The position numbers and the translations under genes are program-made. The notes beneath the pieces were generated by a model. The model was not told the DNA's origin and ran no database searches. It was given only the letters and a program-made list of their open reading frames with translations. From Candidatus Iainarchaeum sp. (lineage in GTDB: Archaea > Iainarchaeota > Iainarchaeia > Iainarchaeales > VGJJ01), in the NCBI GenBank assembly GCA_030688545.1, contig JAUYHT010000006.1, positions 330,001-362,000 on the forward strand: 32,000 nucleotides of DNA, in the 5' to 3' direction. Below are positions 8,463 to 17,183 of this stretch, piece after piece. How positions within the stretch are numbered: position 1 is the stretch's first letter; each line of letters starts with the position of its first letter.

Positions 8463-8470
8463 GGCCACAA

Positions 8471-8833
8471 TCACGCACCCTTCTTCTTCCGTCCTTTCCG
8501 TTTAGGAGCTATATCCTCGGAGGTCGAGGTATCCGGGATGGTTAAAACATTGGATTTCCCTTCCTCCAGGACGAGAAGAGTCGACACCACAAAAGGTTTG
8601 CCGCACACCGATCCCAATTCCAGGCCATTTCCAAGATAGGCATACGTTGGAATTCCCAATAGGGTGGCGAGGGTCGCTACCCCCTCCTTAGTCACTCCAG
8701 GGGTGTTTTGTGCCATAACCACGAGCTTCCCTTCCCCATGGCGGAGCGCATCCTGCGTCTGCTTCACCCCGAATAACACTTTCCCCGTGTCCACAGCGCG
8801 TCTGATTTCCTTGCTGGCTTCGGCCGCATCCAT
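8471..8833 (-). CDS. rpl30e: 50S ribosomal protein L30e (eL30) with a short Lys/Arg-rich C-terminal tail
   Basis: RRAVDTGKVLFGVKQT...GKLVVMAQNTP...YLGNGLELGSVCGKPF matches the eL30/L7Ae fold family and the expected position after rpoA''. An alternative start is at 8842. AGGAGGG sits too close to that ATG and about 10 nt from the ATG at 8833, so I prefer 8833. Confidence 0.88.
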   Translation of the reverse strand: MDAAEASKEIRRAVDTGKVLFGVKQTQDALRHGEGKLVVMAQNTPGVTKEGVATLATLLGIPTYAYLGNGLELGSVCGKPFVVSTLLVLEEGKSNVLTIPDTSTSEDIAPKRKGRKKKGA

Positions 8834-8975
8834 ACTCCACATCCCTCCTAAGGGTGCTTCTCATGGATAACATTCAATGAGAATGAGCCAATCCTCCATG
8901 AAAAGGCATTTAAATGGTCGGCTTCTTCCCCAGCCCAACTGATAAAAAAAGTAGAAAAGTAAGAAAAACAAGGAA

Positions 8976-8982
8976 TTATATA
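8976..8982 (+). promoter_or_regulatory. TATA box (TTATATA) 22 nt upstream of the antitoxin ATG
   Basis: Same spacing rule as the other leaderless candidates in this window. Confidence 0.4.
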
Positions 8983-9004
8983 CTTATAGCGTAATAATAG
9001 TGGT

Positions 9005-9253
9005 ATGAGTGATGTAGCGATTGTTACCGTTAGTGCCAAAGGACAGATTCAGCTTCCAAAGCGCATGCGGGATAGCTTGAAATTGAGTGAGGGCGCCCGC
9101 TTGTTTATGGAAGAGAAAAATGGGACGATTACCTTGCAAAAAATGGAACATAAGGCCATGGATGCGGATTGGTCAAGTTATCTTCTTTCGCACAAATCCC
9201 TTGCCAAAACATGGGATACCAAAGAAGAGGACGAAGCATGGAAACATTTGTAG
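9005..9253 (+). CDS. AbrB/MazE/SpoVT-family antitoxin (type II TA system)
   Basis: 82 aa. The N-terminal looped-hinge-helix pattern VTVSAKGQIQLPKRMRDSLKLSEGARLFM...GTITLQK is present, with an acidic C-terminal tail (WDTKEEDEAWKHL). It overlaps the toxin gene by 16 nt. Confidence 0.85.
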   Translation: MSDVAIVTVSAKGQIQLPKRMRDSLKLSEGARLFMEEKNGTITLQKMEHKAMDADWSSYLLSHKSLAKTWDTKEEDEAWKHL

Positions 9254-9573
9254 TGGGGGATGTGGTCGTGGTACCCTTCCCTTATAGCAATTTTAAGGAG
9301 TTTAAGCGTCGACCGGCAGTAGTGTTGACTATGCCCATGGGAAAAGATTTTATTCTCTGCCAAATAACTGGCCGGTCACAGCGTGATTCTTTTGTTATTC
9401 CATTGATGGATGAGGATATTGAGGGAGGACAATTGCAATTGGAAAGCTACATTCGCCCAAATAAATTAAGCACGATGGAAGTGGGATTGATCGAATACAA
9501 GATTGGTGCCCTTACTCTCGATAAAAGAAAATCGCTTTTGAAGGTTATTCGCGGATTATTTGAACATAATTAA
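9238..9573 (+). CDS. mazF: PemK/MazF-family toxin (predicted endoribonuclease)
   Basis: 111 aa from the internal ATG (METFVVGDVVVVPFPYSNFKEFKRRPAVVL...CQITG...YIRPNKLSTM), a typical MazF/PemK SH3-like barrel signature. The longer ORF-track start at 9169 would lie deep inside the antitoxin gene. Confidence 0.87.
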   Translation: METFVVGDVVVVPFPYSNFKEFKRRPAVVLTMPMGKDFILCQITGRSQRDSFVIPLMDEDIEGGQLQLESYIRPNKLSTMEVGLIEYKIGALTLDKRKSLLKVIRGLFEHN

Positions 9574-9574
9574 A

Positions 9575-10768
9575 TCACGGGTTCTTCATCACCAAATCGA
9601 CGACGCCCGTGCCCACTTTGATGGGTTGCCCCACGATGATGTTTTCCACAACACCCTGCAAGCGTTCGCGTTCGCCATAGAAGGCGGCGTCCAGGAGGTG
9701 TTTGGCCGTCTCTTCAAATGAGGCGCGGGCGAATGGCGAGCTCTTTTTCCGCGTGATGCCCGTTCGAACAATTCCTCGTATTTCCCCATCGAATGTCATG
9801 GAATCGGCAAGCAGGATGATGTGACGCAGGTCCACGGCGATGCTGTTCTCGCGGAGCACCTTATCGAGTTCATACACGATGGATGCGCGCCCGGCTTCAA
9901 TTCCTAAAACACGCGAAACCTCCTTCACGTCATTAGTAATGGTGCGTGTGCCATCCACTTCCTTCATCTTGAAGATGCTCTTCAGGTTGCTCCCGGAGGT
10001 CTTCACGATGAATTCCCCATTCTCTTCAAACACGATGGCCTTGCGGATGCCCCGAATTCCTTGTAATCGGGTCTGCAATAGCTTCAACAAATTTTTACGG
10101 ATCTTGAGGAGAGACTCTTCTTTGTCCTTCAGTTCCAGTTTGATATTCCCATTGGGCAAGTCAACATGTTTCATCTTAACCTTATCAACAATCATCTTCA
10201 TTAGGTCTTTCTCATCCAACCCCTTGTCCTGGATCTCCGCCCGGTTAGGAGTCACTTCGATGACCCGTTCGGCGTAGCGTTCCTTGAAGATAATGACATC
10301 ATCCATCCGCAAATCCACCAGGGAGGCCGCGAACACGCGGGCTTTTTCTTTGTCGACGCGCAGGGCGGGGTCGCTCAAGTAAATAGTCATCGTAGGATAC
10401 TTGGCCTTCGACCGGGCGTCAACAATCTCCTCCACTCTTTGGATTCCGCTCCCCACCGACACTTCCGCGGCTCCCGCGTAGTGTTTTGTACGCAGGGTCA
10501 ATTGAGTCCCTGGCTCCCCCAAGGATTGCGCGGCGATGATCCCCACCCCTTCTCCGGGTTGGGCTTTGGCATAAATGTACTTCTTCCGGATCTCATGGAG
10601 CAGTTGTTCGAATTGTTCATCCGTGAGATTCAATTCAAGGGAGAGGCGTTGGGCTTCCTCATAGGCTTTCCGGGGCATCCCAAATTGGGCCACGTGATCC
10701 ACAAATTCCACCTGTTCAGCCTGCTGGGTAGCATCCAGATTCAGTGTTTCTTGGGTTTCGTCAGCCAT
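9575..10768 (-). CDS. rpoA2: DNA-directed RNA polymerase subunit A''
   Basis: Homology pattern to the C-terminal third of Rpb1/beta' ([23 protein letters not shown]..., GIRGI..., FEET...L..AA). GGAGGA lies 6 nt upstream of the ATG at 10768. An alternative start at 10795 adds 9 aa. Confidence 0.95.
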   Translation of the reverse strand: MADETQETLNLDATQQAEQVEFVDHVAQFGMPRKAYEEAQRLSLELNLTDEQFEQLLHEIRKKYIYAKAQPGEGVGIIAAQSLGEPGTQLTLRTKHYAGAAEVSVGSGIQRVEEIVDARSKAKYPTMTIYLSDPALRVDKEKARVFAASLVDLRMDDVIIFKERYAERVIEVTPNRAEIQDKGLDEKDLMKMIVDKVKMKHVDLPNGNIKLELKDKEESLLKIRKNLLKLLQTRLQGIRGIRKAIVFEENGEFIVKTSGSNLKSIFKMKEVDGTRTITNDVKEVSRVLGIEAGRASIVYELDKVLRENSIAVDLRHIILLADSMTFDGEIRGIVRTGITRKKSSPFARASFEETAKHLLDAAFYGERERLQGVVENIIVGQPIKVGTGVVDLVMKNP

Positions 10769-10798
10769 ACCTTTTCCTCCGCAATCGTCCTTCAAATG

Positions 10799-13408
10799 TC
10801 ATTTCTTCTCCTTCGCCTGCTGCAAACGCGCCCACACCTCATCAATGGTGACAAAGCTCCCGCTGCTCGTCCGACCGGGGAAAATACCATCTTCCCCATA
10901 GCGGAACTGCACAATGTCCTTGCTCGCCGAGCGCACGGTTTCATCGTTGGAGACATGGAGATCTTTCAGGCTGTTGGCGAGCCGTCTATATAAGTAGCCG
11001 GATACCTTCGTCGCCACCCCCGTGTCTATTTCCCCTTGTCGGCCTCCCATGGAGTGCATGAAGTATTCGGTGGGTGACATTCCCAGGACGAAGTTGCTCT
11101 GAACAAACCCTCCCGCGATGGGCCCAATGTCCCCTTTCTTGTTGGTCGTGATCAGTCGCCCCTTGAATCCTTTCTTGGGCCGTCCGGAGCGGATGGATAT
11201 TTGTCCATAGATCCCGGAGGTGTAACCCACATTCAGCAGGCTGCCTCGGGCGCCCGACACGATGATGGGAAAAGAGTCCAGCGTGGGTCGGGTTGTCTCG
11301 AAGAGCTCGTGGAGTTTTCGTTCCGCGATCTTGGATTGCACTTTGGCCCGAATACTAGTGCCCAATCGCACCATGAGCAATTCAAATGAATCTGGTACAG
11401 TTCGTCCGGGAATGGGTTCGAGTGTCCCGTCGAGGAATTTTTGGGTCAGGGCATCCCCTTCAAGGAGTTCTTCCGCGATGGCGTCCTCTCTCGCCTTAGT
11501 AATCATCTCGTTCGCCTCGAATTCAGAAATACCAATGGAAATCCCTTTCATGGTGAGCAATTCGTGCGTGATGCGGGACATCTTGTAATAGTATTGTTCC
11601 AGTACTTCAGGAGGGTAGTTGCGGGCCATATTTTCAATAAGGCGGAGGGTGCCATCCACGATTCCCGAGATAAGTTTTCCATTCTCAATCTTCACCAGGG
11701 CTTCCTCGTACATACGTTCATTCCCCTGGCGCGGGATACCTATCGATTTGAGGTTGCGGGCGACATGGTTGGGGTAGGTGATGCTGAGGTCCTTGGGTAA
11801 GATTTGCGAGAAAATAAGTTTCCCCGAATATTTTTTCCCCCTATCGGGGTCTGGAAGTTGGGTGATGCCCATCTTGTAGAGGTAGTGCATCGCTTCCTCC
11901 CGAGTGAATTCGGTCTGCGACATCGTTAAGATGAACAACCCGGATTGATCGTCTTCCTTTCCGGTGATTTCGGGATGCCCGTGGCGGGGCGATACTATTT
12001 GATCCTGCACATACATGAGTTCCCGGGCTTCCGCCACCCCTTCCTGCGTCTGCGGGACGTGGATGTTCATCTCATCCCCATCGAAGTCGGCGTTATACGG
12101 GTTGCACACGATGGGGTTCATCCGGATGGCCTTGTTGGGCATCACTTTCACTTCATGGGCGAGCATCGAGAGCCGGTGAAGTGAGGGTTGTCGGTTGAAC
12201 AAGACAATATCCCCATCCTGGAGCGTGCGTTCGATCTTGCTCCCCACTTCCATCTCGTCAACGACTTCTTTCTTGTTTAATTCTGAAATCTTTTTCCGGA
12301 GGCCATTGGGTTTAGTCACATAAACGACTTTGTCGGATTTTTTAACGAGCTTCTTCATCTCCTCGATATTCCATTCCGTCACGTATTCTGGGACCGTGAG
12401 GGTGTTGGCAATGGGTTCTGGCACCCCCACCTGGTTGATGGATAAATAGGGGTCGGGGATGATGGTGGATCGCGCCGCGTAATTGACTCGCTTCCCCGTC
12501 AAGTTATATCTGAAGCGCCCTTTCTTCCCCTTGAGGCGCTGCACGAGCGTGCGCAGGCTGCGTCCGGACCGGTGTTTGGCCGGAGGCACGCCCGCGGTGT
12601 CATTGTCAAAGTAGGTAGTCACGTGGTATTGGAGGAGATCCCACAAATCCTCGATGATGAGCTGCGGGGCGCCCGCGTCAATGTTGTCTTTCAGGCGCAG
12701 GTTGATGCGGATGACATCCACCAGTTTGTGGGTTAAATCGTCTTCAGATTTGATCCCGCTCTCCAGGGTGATGGAGGGACGAATGGTAATGGGGGGCACT
12801 TGTAGCGTTGTAAGGATAAACCATTCAGGTCGGATGCGGGTGACGTCATATCCGAACAGCGCCAGATCTTCCTCCGGAACCTTCTCCACCCATTCCCTAA
12901 TCTGGGAGGGGTACAACCTATCCTTCTCGATGTAGTAGTTGGTGGGTTTGTCCAATGTAACCTCGGGCCGCGCCGCATTGCAGTGGGGGCATTTCTTCTT
13001 GGTCTTGGCCTTCTTGACCAGCATCTTCACGGCTTCCTCTTTCCCCACGCGCTCGATGGCCAATTTGTATTCCACTAATGATTCGTCTTTCAAGGTGATG
13101 CGCCCGCATTCTTGACACGTGGCGAGGAGTATTTCCTCTAATTTGTTGGAGAACTTGGGATGGACAACTGGTCGAACCATCTCTAAACTCCCGAAGTGGC
13201 CGGGGCACTGTTTCATCTTTTGTCCGCAGGTCTTGCAGCGCAGGGATGGGTTGATGACCCCCAGATGCGGGTCCATCAGACCCCCTTCCATGGGATAGCC
13301 GTCCTTATCATACGTCTCGGGCGATTTGATCTCGATGGAGGACATCCGTCGTATCTGTTCCGGCGACAATATGCCGAATTCGATGTTGTCGATGCGTTTG
13401 ATGATCAT
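10799..13408 (-). CDS. rpoA1: DNA-directed RNA polymerase subunit A'
   Basis: 869 aa. N-terminal Zn motifs (CKTCGQ...CPGHFG) and the catalytic NADFDGDEMN are present. GGAGG lies upstream of the ATG. Confidence 0.97.
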   Translation of the reverse strand: MIIKRIDNIEFGILSPEQIRRMSSIEIKSPETYDKDGYPMEGGLMDPHLGVINPSLRCKTCGQKMKQCPGHFGSLEMVRPVVHPKFSNKLEEILLATCQECGRITLKDESLVEYKLAIERVGKEEAVKMLVKKAKTKKKCPHCNAARPEVTLDKPTNYYIEKDRLYPSQIREWVEKVPEEDLALFGYDVTRIRPEWFILTTLQVPPITIRPSITLESGIKSEDDLTHKLVDVIRINLRLKDNIDAGAPQLIIEDLWDLLQYHVTTYFDNDTAGVPPAKHRSGRSLRTLVQRLKGKKGRFRYNLTGKRVNYAARSTIIPDPYLSINQVGVPEPIANTLTVPEYVTEWNIEEMKKLVKKSDKVVYVTKPNGLRKKISELNKKEVVDEMEVGSKIERTLQDGDIVLFNRQPSLHRLSMLAHEVKVMPNKAIRMNPIVCNPYNADFDGDEMNIHVPQTQEGVAEARELMYVQDQIVSPRHGHPEITGKEDDQSGLFILTMSQTEFTREEAMHYLYKMGITQLPDPDRGKKYSGKLIFSQILPKDLSITYPNHVARNLKSIGIPRQGNERMYEEALVKIENGKLISGIVDGTLRLIENMARNYPPEVLEQYYYKMSRITHELLTMKGISIGISEFEANEMITKAREDAIAEELLEGDALTQKFLDGTLEPIPGRTVPDSFELLMVRLGTSIRAKVQSKIAERKLHELFETTRPTLDSFPIIVSGARGSLLNVGYTSGIYGQISIRSGRPKKGFKGRLITTNKKGDIGPIAGGFVQSNFVLGMSPTEYFMHSMGGRQGEIDTGVATKVSGYLYRRLANSLKDLHVSNDETVRSASKDIVQFRYGEDGIFPGRTSSGSFVTIDEVWARLQQAKEKK

Positions 13409-13421
13409 GTGTTTCGCCTCC

Positions 13422-15239
13422 TCACGCCCTATCCGTCAGATGCAGTCGGGGATAGATGCCCAACGCCTTCAGTTCGTCCAATAATAGTTTGAAACCATAG
13501 CTCATCTGCACCGGATACACCAGCGTGCTCTCGCACATGGGGCAGAACCTTCGTTTGCGTATCTGGTCGTTCACGGCGATAATCCCACAATTCTGGCAGA
13601 CCAATTCGACGACCTTGTCGGAGTCGTCGATGAATTTTTCCTGAAGCAGCATGGCGGCCCCATGCCCCACGAGGGTTTCGCCTTCCATCTCCCCAAAACG
13701 GAGGCCGCCCTCCTTCTCTTTCCCTTCCGTGGGTTGGCGTGTTAATATCTGCACCGGCCCGCGCGACCGGGCTTGGAGTTTGTGGGCCACCATATGGAAG
13801 AGTCTCCGGTAGGCAATGACGCCCGTGAATATTTCCCCTTCAATCTTTTTTCCGGTGCGGCCGTCGTAGAAGGCTTCCTTCCCGTCCGGACGGAATCCGA
13901 AGCGCTGGAGCACCTGTTTGAGATCGTCCACGCTGTCTTCGCTGAAGGGCGTTCCATCCACCGGAACCCCCGTGAGGGCGGCGGCCTTTCCGGTGAGTGT
14001 CTCGAGCATGTGGCCAATAGTCATTCGTGTGGGAATGGCATGGGGGTTGAGGATCAAATCCGGTTTGATTCCATGTTCAGTGAAGGGCATGTCTTCCTCT
14101 GGGATGATGGCGCCGATGACCCCTTTCTGCCCGTGTTTGGACGCATATTTGTCACCGGGCTCGGGAATCATGGTGGTGCGGACCTTGACTTTTGCCAAGC
14201 GTGCCCCGCTCCCCCCTTCGGTGACGATGACGCGGTCGATCATCCCGGGTTTTCCTTTTCGGGGGAATAAGGAGGCTTCGCGTCTTTTTTCCTGGATGAC
14301 CCCGAAATCGGTGATTTCTTCAAGGAAGCGGGGTGGGGATGTTTTTCCGATGATGACATCCTTGTCGCTGACATAGGTTTCCAATTCCCCCAGTCCATCG
14401 GACCCGAGGCGTTTGTAGAATTCCTCTCCCAGGTGCCCCACCGCATCCTCGGAGGGGATTTCAAATTTGTCTATTTGTCCTCCGGGATAACGGGTTTCTT
14501 CGCTCTCATAGCTGCGGAAATAGGCGGCGCGTCCCAATCCGCGTTCGACAGCGCCCTTGTTCAACACCACCGCATCGAGGAGATTGAATCCCATGTAAGG
14601 CATGATGGCCACCACAAAATTCTGGTTCATGGGCCGGTTGTCCGTGTGCAGATGGTCAATCGTCTTCGTCCGCACGAGCTCGGATTGGGGGTAATAGAGA
14701 AGATACCCCTCCGTGTCGGTGCGCAGGTTATAGTTGATGGACGAGATCCCCAATGCTTGCTTGAACACCTTTGCCCCATGCAATGTCTTTCCCGCGAGGT
14801 TATGCTGGAGGAAAGGAATCATGCTCGAGATGATGGAGAATATCCCCACCGGGTTGATTTCGAGGTGCGTGGTCTGCGGGGAAATATCTTCCTCCCGAAT
14901 GGCCACGAGGGCGTTCTCTTCCTCTTCCGCATCCAGGTATTCGATGTGGCCCTGGTGCACTAAATCGTTCCACGTGAGTTTGCCATCGCGCACGGCCTTG
15001 ACCACTTCAGGAGTGATGCGGGGCTTCCCATTTTCCACTACAACAAGCGGCCTTTGGATGCGCCCCCCATCCGTGTTCACATACAATTCTTTCGTGTCCT
15101 CATGCAGGGCGATGTTCACTTGTGGATCTATTTTTCCCTGGCGTCGTTTGGTAATCAGGTCCTTCGTCAATCTGGCGATGTCCGCATGAAAGCCCACCAG
15201 CTTCCCGTTCACGAATACTTTTCCTTCGAATGCCGCCAT
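13422..15239 (-). CDS. rpoB1: DNA-directed RNA polymerase subunit B' (C-terminal half of a split RpoB)
   Basis: 605 aa. Contains GDKYASKHGQKGV, RFGEMEGETL and a C-terminal Zn ribbon CQNCG...CPMC. Confidence 0.97.
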   Translation of the reverse strand: MAAFEGKVFVNGKLVGFHADIARLTKDLITKRRQGKIDPQVNIALHEDTKELYVNTDGGRIQRPLVVVENGKPRITPEVVKAVRDGKLTWNDLVHQGHIEYLDAEEEENALVAIREEDISPQTTHLEINPVGIFSIISSMIPFLQHNLAGKTLHGAKVFKQALGISSINYNLRTDTEGYLLYYPQSELVRTKTIDHLHTDNRPMNQNFVVAIMPYMGFNLLDAVVLNKGAVERGLGRAAYFRSYESEETRYPGGQIDKFEIPSEDAVGHLGEEFYKRLGSDGLGELETYVSDKDVIIGKTSPPRFLEEITDFGVIQEKRREASLFPRKGKPGMIDRVIVTEGGSGARLAKVKVRTTMIPEPGDKYASKHGQKGVIGAIIPEEDMPFTEHGIKPDLILNPHAIPTRMTIGHMLETLTGKAAALTGVPVDGTPFSEDSVDDLKQVLQRFGFRPDGKEAFYDGRTGKKIEGEIFTGVIAYRRLFHMVAHKLQARSRGPVQILTRQPTEGKEKEGGLRFGEMEGETLVGHGAAMLLQEKFIDDSDKVVELVCQNCGIIAVNDQIRKRRFCPMCESTLVYPVQMSYGFKLLLDELKALGIYPRLHLTDRA

Positions 15240-15251
15240 GTCTTCATCGCC

Positions 15252-16733
15252 TCACTTCAGGTGCACATCCATCTCTTTCAATAGTTTTTCAACCGGATTC
15301 GGGTTCACGTCCATCGTGACCTCGGAGAACAGCCCCATGTTCTTCACCAATCCGCATTGTGGTCCATCCGGGGTTTCAATGCAGCACAACCTTCCCCAGT
15401 GGGTTCCGTGCACGTCTCGTGCCTCGTACAGTTCGCGGTTCTTGTTCAGTGGGGATTTTACTTTGCGGAATTCGGTGAGGGGACCTAAATAGTTCACCCG
15501 ATCCATGAAACGGGATACCCCGGTGCTGCGGCCGATCCAGTTTCCGGTACTCATCCCGAAAAGGATGCGTTCGGTCACCGCTCCGGGACGCACAACGGTG
15601 GAAATGTTGAGTTTCCTCCGCCGGGTTACCGTGCGATCAATCTGGAAGGTGAGGTCCTTGATGAAATATTTGAAGGAGTGCCGGAAGAGATGCTCCATGA
15701 GCTTTCCCGGGAGTTCAAGACGTTTGTTGGCATAATGGTCCTTGTCGTCCATTCCCCTCAATCCATTGGCGCGTTCGATGGCACGGGTGGCCATGGTGGC
15801 AAGGTAGTAGGCTTTGGCCCGGCGATCCTCTTTCTGGTCTCCAATGTGGGGTAGGAGGAAGGCGTCGATCACTTCTTGCGCACGGCGCAGGCGATAATCG
15901 ATAACTTGTCCGGGGGCCACATATTTGCCAATGCGGTCCAGGGCATCCTCTTCGTCCGTGACATCATTGGCCTCAGAGTTGATGAGCACATCATTCCGCA
16001 CTTCAGGGGAATCCGGGAAAGCGTTTTGGATCTCTTGCTCATCTTTCAATCCTAATGCGCGCAGCAATGCGAACAAGCGGAGTTTTCGGGGGGATGCGGG
16101 AAACGTAACGGAGAGCATCCCGTCTTTAGCCCGCGTCACGCGGACGCGTCCCTTGAATGCCCCCTTCGTGGAGATGACCTCCGCATTCGTCTTGTCTCCC
16201 GTGGATTCGGTGGTGAGAATCCTATCGGAGGCCAATACTTCTTGGGCGGTCAGGGCCTTTTCGCTTCCATTAATGACGAAATATCCCCCAAAATCCATGG
16301 GATCTTCCCCCATGTTAATCAGTTCTTCGGCCGTCTTCCCCTGAAGGTGGCACAATTTGGATTTGAGCATGACGGGGAGTTCCCCGATGTAGGTTTTCTT
16401 CACATCCTGCTCCACATCCCGGCGGAGTAGACGCATCGTCAGGAAAAGAGGAGCTGAATACGTCCTATTTCGTATGCGTGCTTCCATGGGATAGAAGTCG
16501 TTGCGCGGGCTCCCATCCGCTTCCACGATGCGGGGTTTGAGCACTTCGATGTCTTCCAATTCGATGCGCACCTCTTCAATCTTGGGGACAATCGTCTTGT
16601 TCTCATGGATGATTTCATTCAGATGCTCATCGATGAACTGATTGAAAGACCTCACATTCGTGTCGGCGAAATTCTTTGATTTAAACCAGGATTGCGTGAG
16701 GACATCGGAAGAGGGGCTTTTAGTCATGCTCAC
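15252..16733 (-). CDS. rpoB2: DNA-directed RNA polymerase subunit B'' (N-terminal half of a split RpoB)
   Basis: 493 aa. Contains FIDEHLNEII, GYFVINGSEK and the C-terminal CGLVKNM pattern. Its start overlaps the rpoH stop (ATGA). Confidence 0.97.
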   Translation of the reverse strand: MSMTKSPSSDVLTQSWFKSKNFADTNVRSFNQFIDEHLNEIIHENKTIVPKIEEVRIELEDIEVLKPRIVEADGSPRNDFYPMEARIRNRTYSAPLFLTMRLLRRDVEQDVKKTYIGELPVMLKSKLCHLQGKTAEELINMGEDPMDFGGYFVINGSEKALTAQEVLASDRILTTESTGDKTNAEVISTKGAFKGRVRVTRAKDGMLSVTFPASPRKLRLFALLRALGLKDEQEIQNAFPDSPEVRNDVLINSEANDVTDEEDALDRIGKYVAPGQVIDYRLRRAQEVIDAFLLPHIGDQKEDRRAKAYYLATMATRAIERANGLRGMDDKDHYANKRLELPGKLMEHLFRHSFKYFIKDLTFQIDRTVTRRRKLNISTVVRPGAVTERILFGMSTGNWIGRSTGVSRFMDRVNYLGPLTEFRKVKSPLNKNRELYEARDVHGTHWGRLCCIETPDGPQCGLVKNMGLFSEVTMDVNPNPVEKLLKEMDVHLK

Positions 16734-16960
16734 ATCACCCGCCGGTAGTAGATGGATTCCCCCGCTACGGGGGAGATGCGGATGATGCGGATGATATCCC
16801 CCACTTTCCCGCCGAGTTCAACAGTGACAGGATCTTCTTGTGAAATTTGGGGGAGTTTGTCCATCTCCAACCCAAATTGGGAGAGCAATGTTTTGGCTTC
16901 CTCGTGGGAAAGCAATTCGTGTTGGGGAACCAAGTGGTGTTCGGATAACGATTTGAGCAT
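16730..16960 (-). CDS. rpoH: DNA-directed RNA polymerase subunit H (Rpb5 C-terminal domain homologue)
   Basis: MLKSLSEHHLVPQHELLSHEEAKTLLSQFGLEMDKLPQISQEDPVTVELGGKVGDIIRIIRISPVAGESIYYRRV is 76 aa, the usual RpoH size. The ORF-track GTG start at 17059 would add 33 non-conserved residues, and I cannot exclude it. Confidence 0.88.
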   Translation of the reverse strand: MLKSLSEHHLVPQHELLSHEEAKTLLSQFGLEMDKLPQISQEDPVTVELGGKVGDIIRIIRISPVAGESIYYRRVM

Positions 16961-17095
16961 GTCGACCCCTTCCTGCGGTTCTCCAGGCAAAGGGACGGGT
17001 AACCCCCGGTTAGGCGAAAAATCGCTCCCTGCAAAAAACATTGCGCCCGACAGAACCACAAACCCTCGCGGTAACCAAGGAATCCGAGATAACGC

Positions 17096-17103
17096 TTATA
17101 AAG
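17096..17103. promoter_or_regulatory. TATA-like element (TTATAAAG) in the divergent rpoH / mscS intergenic region
   Basis: It is near-palindromic and is the candidate promoter for the whole rpoH-rpoB-rpoA operon on the minus strand. It lies 36 nt from GTG 17059. Confidence 0.3.
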
Positions 17104-17152
17104 TTGTAGGCGGGCCCGCATGTTTCCCCTATTCCTGGAAGAAGCGGGTACG

Positions 17153-17159
17153 TTTAAAG
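17153..17159 (+). promoter_or_regulatory. TATA-like box (TTTAAAG) 24 nt upstream of the mscS ATG
   Basis: The spacing fits the leaderless pattern seen elsewhere in this window. Confidence 0.35.
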
Positions 17160-17183
17160 GGGATTTCCTCCCCCCATGGGGGT

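Noticed and set aside
4862-13408. Inteins or other insertions in EF-2, RpoA' and RpoA''
   Set aside because: The protein lengths (728, 869 and about 398 aa) and the uninterrupted conserved motifs match intein-free orthologues.
16752-17183. N-terminal 144 codons of the 510-aa plus-strand ORF that ends as the MscS channel
   Set aside because: This part is antisense to rpoH and crosses the divergent promoter region. The MscS homology and hydrophobic helices begin at the ATG at 17184, which has a TATA-like box 24 nt upstream.
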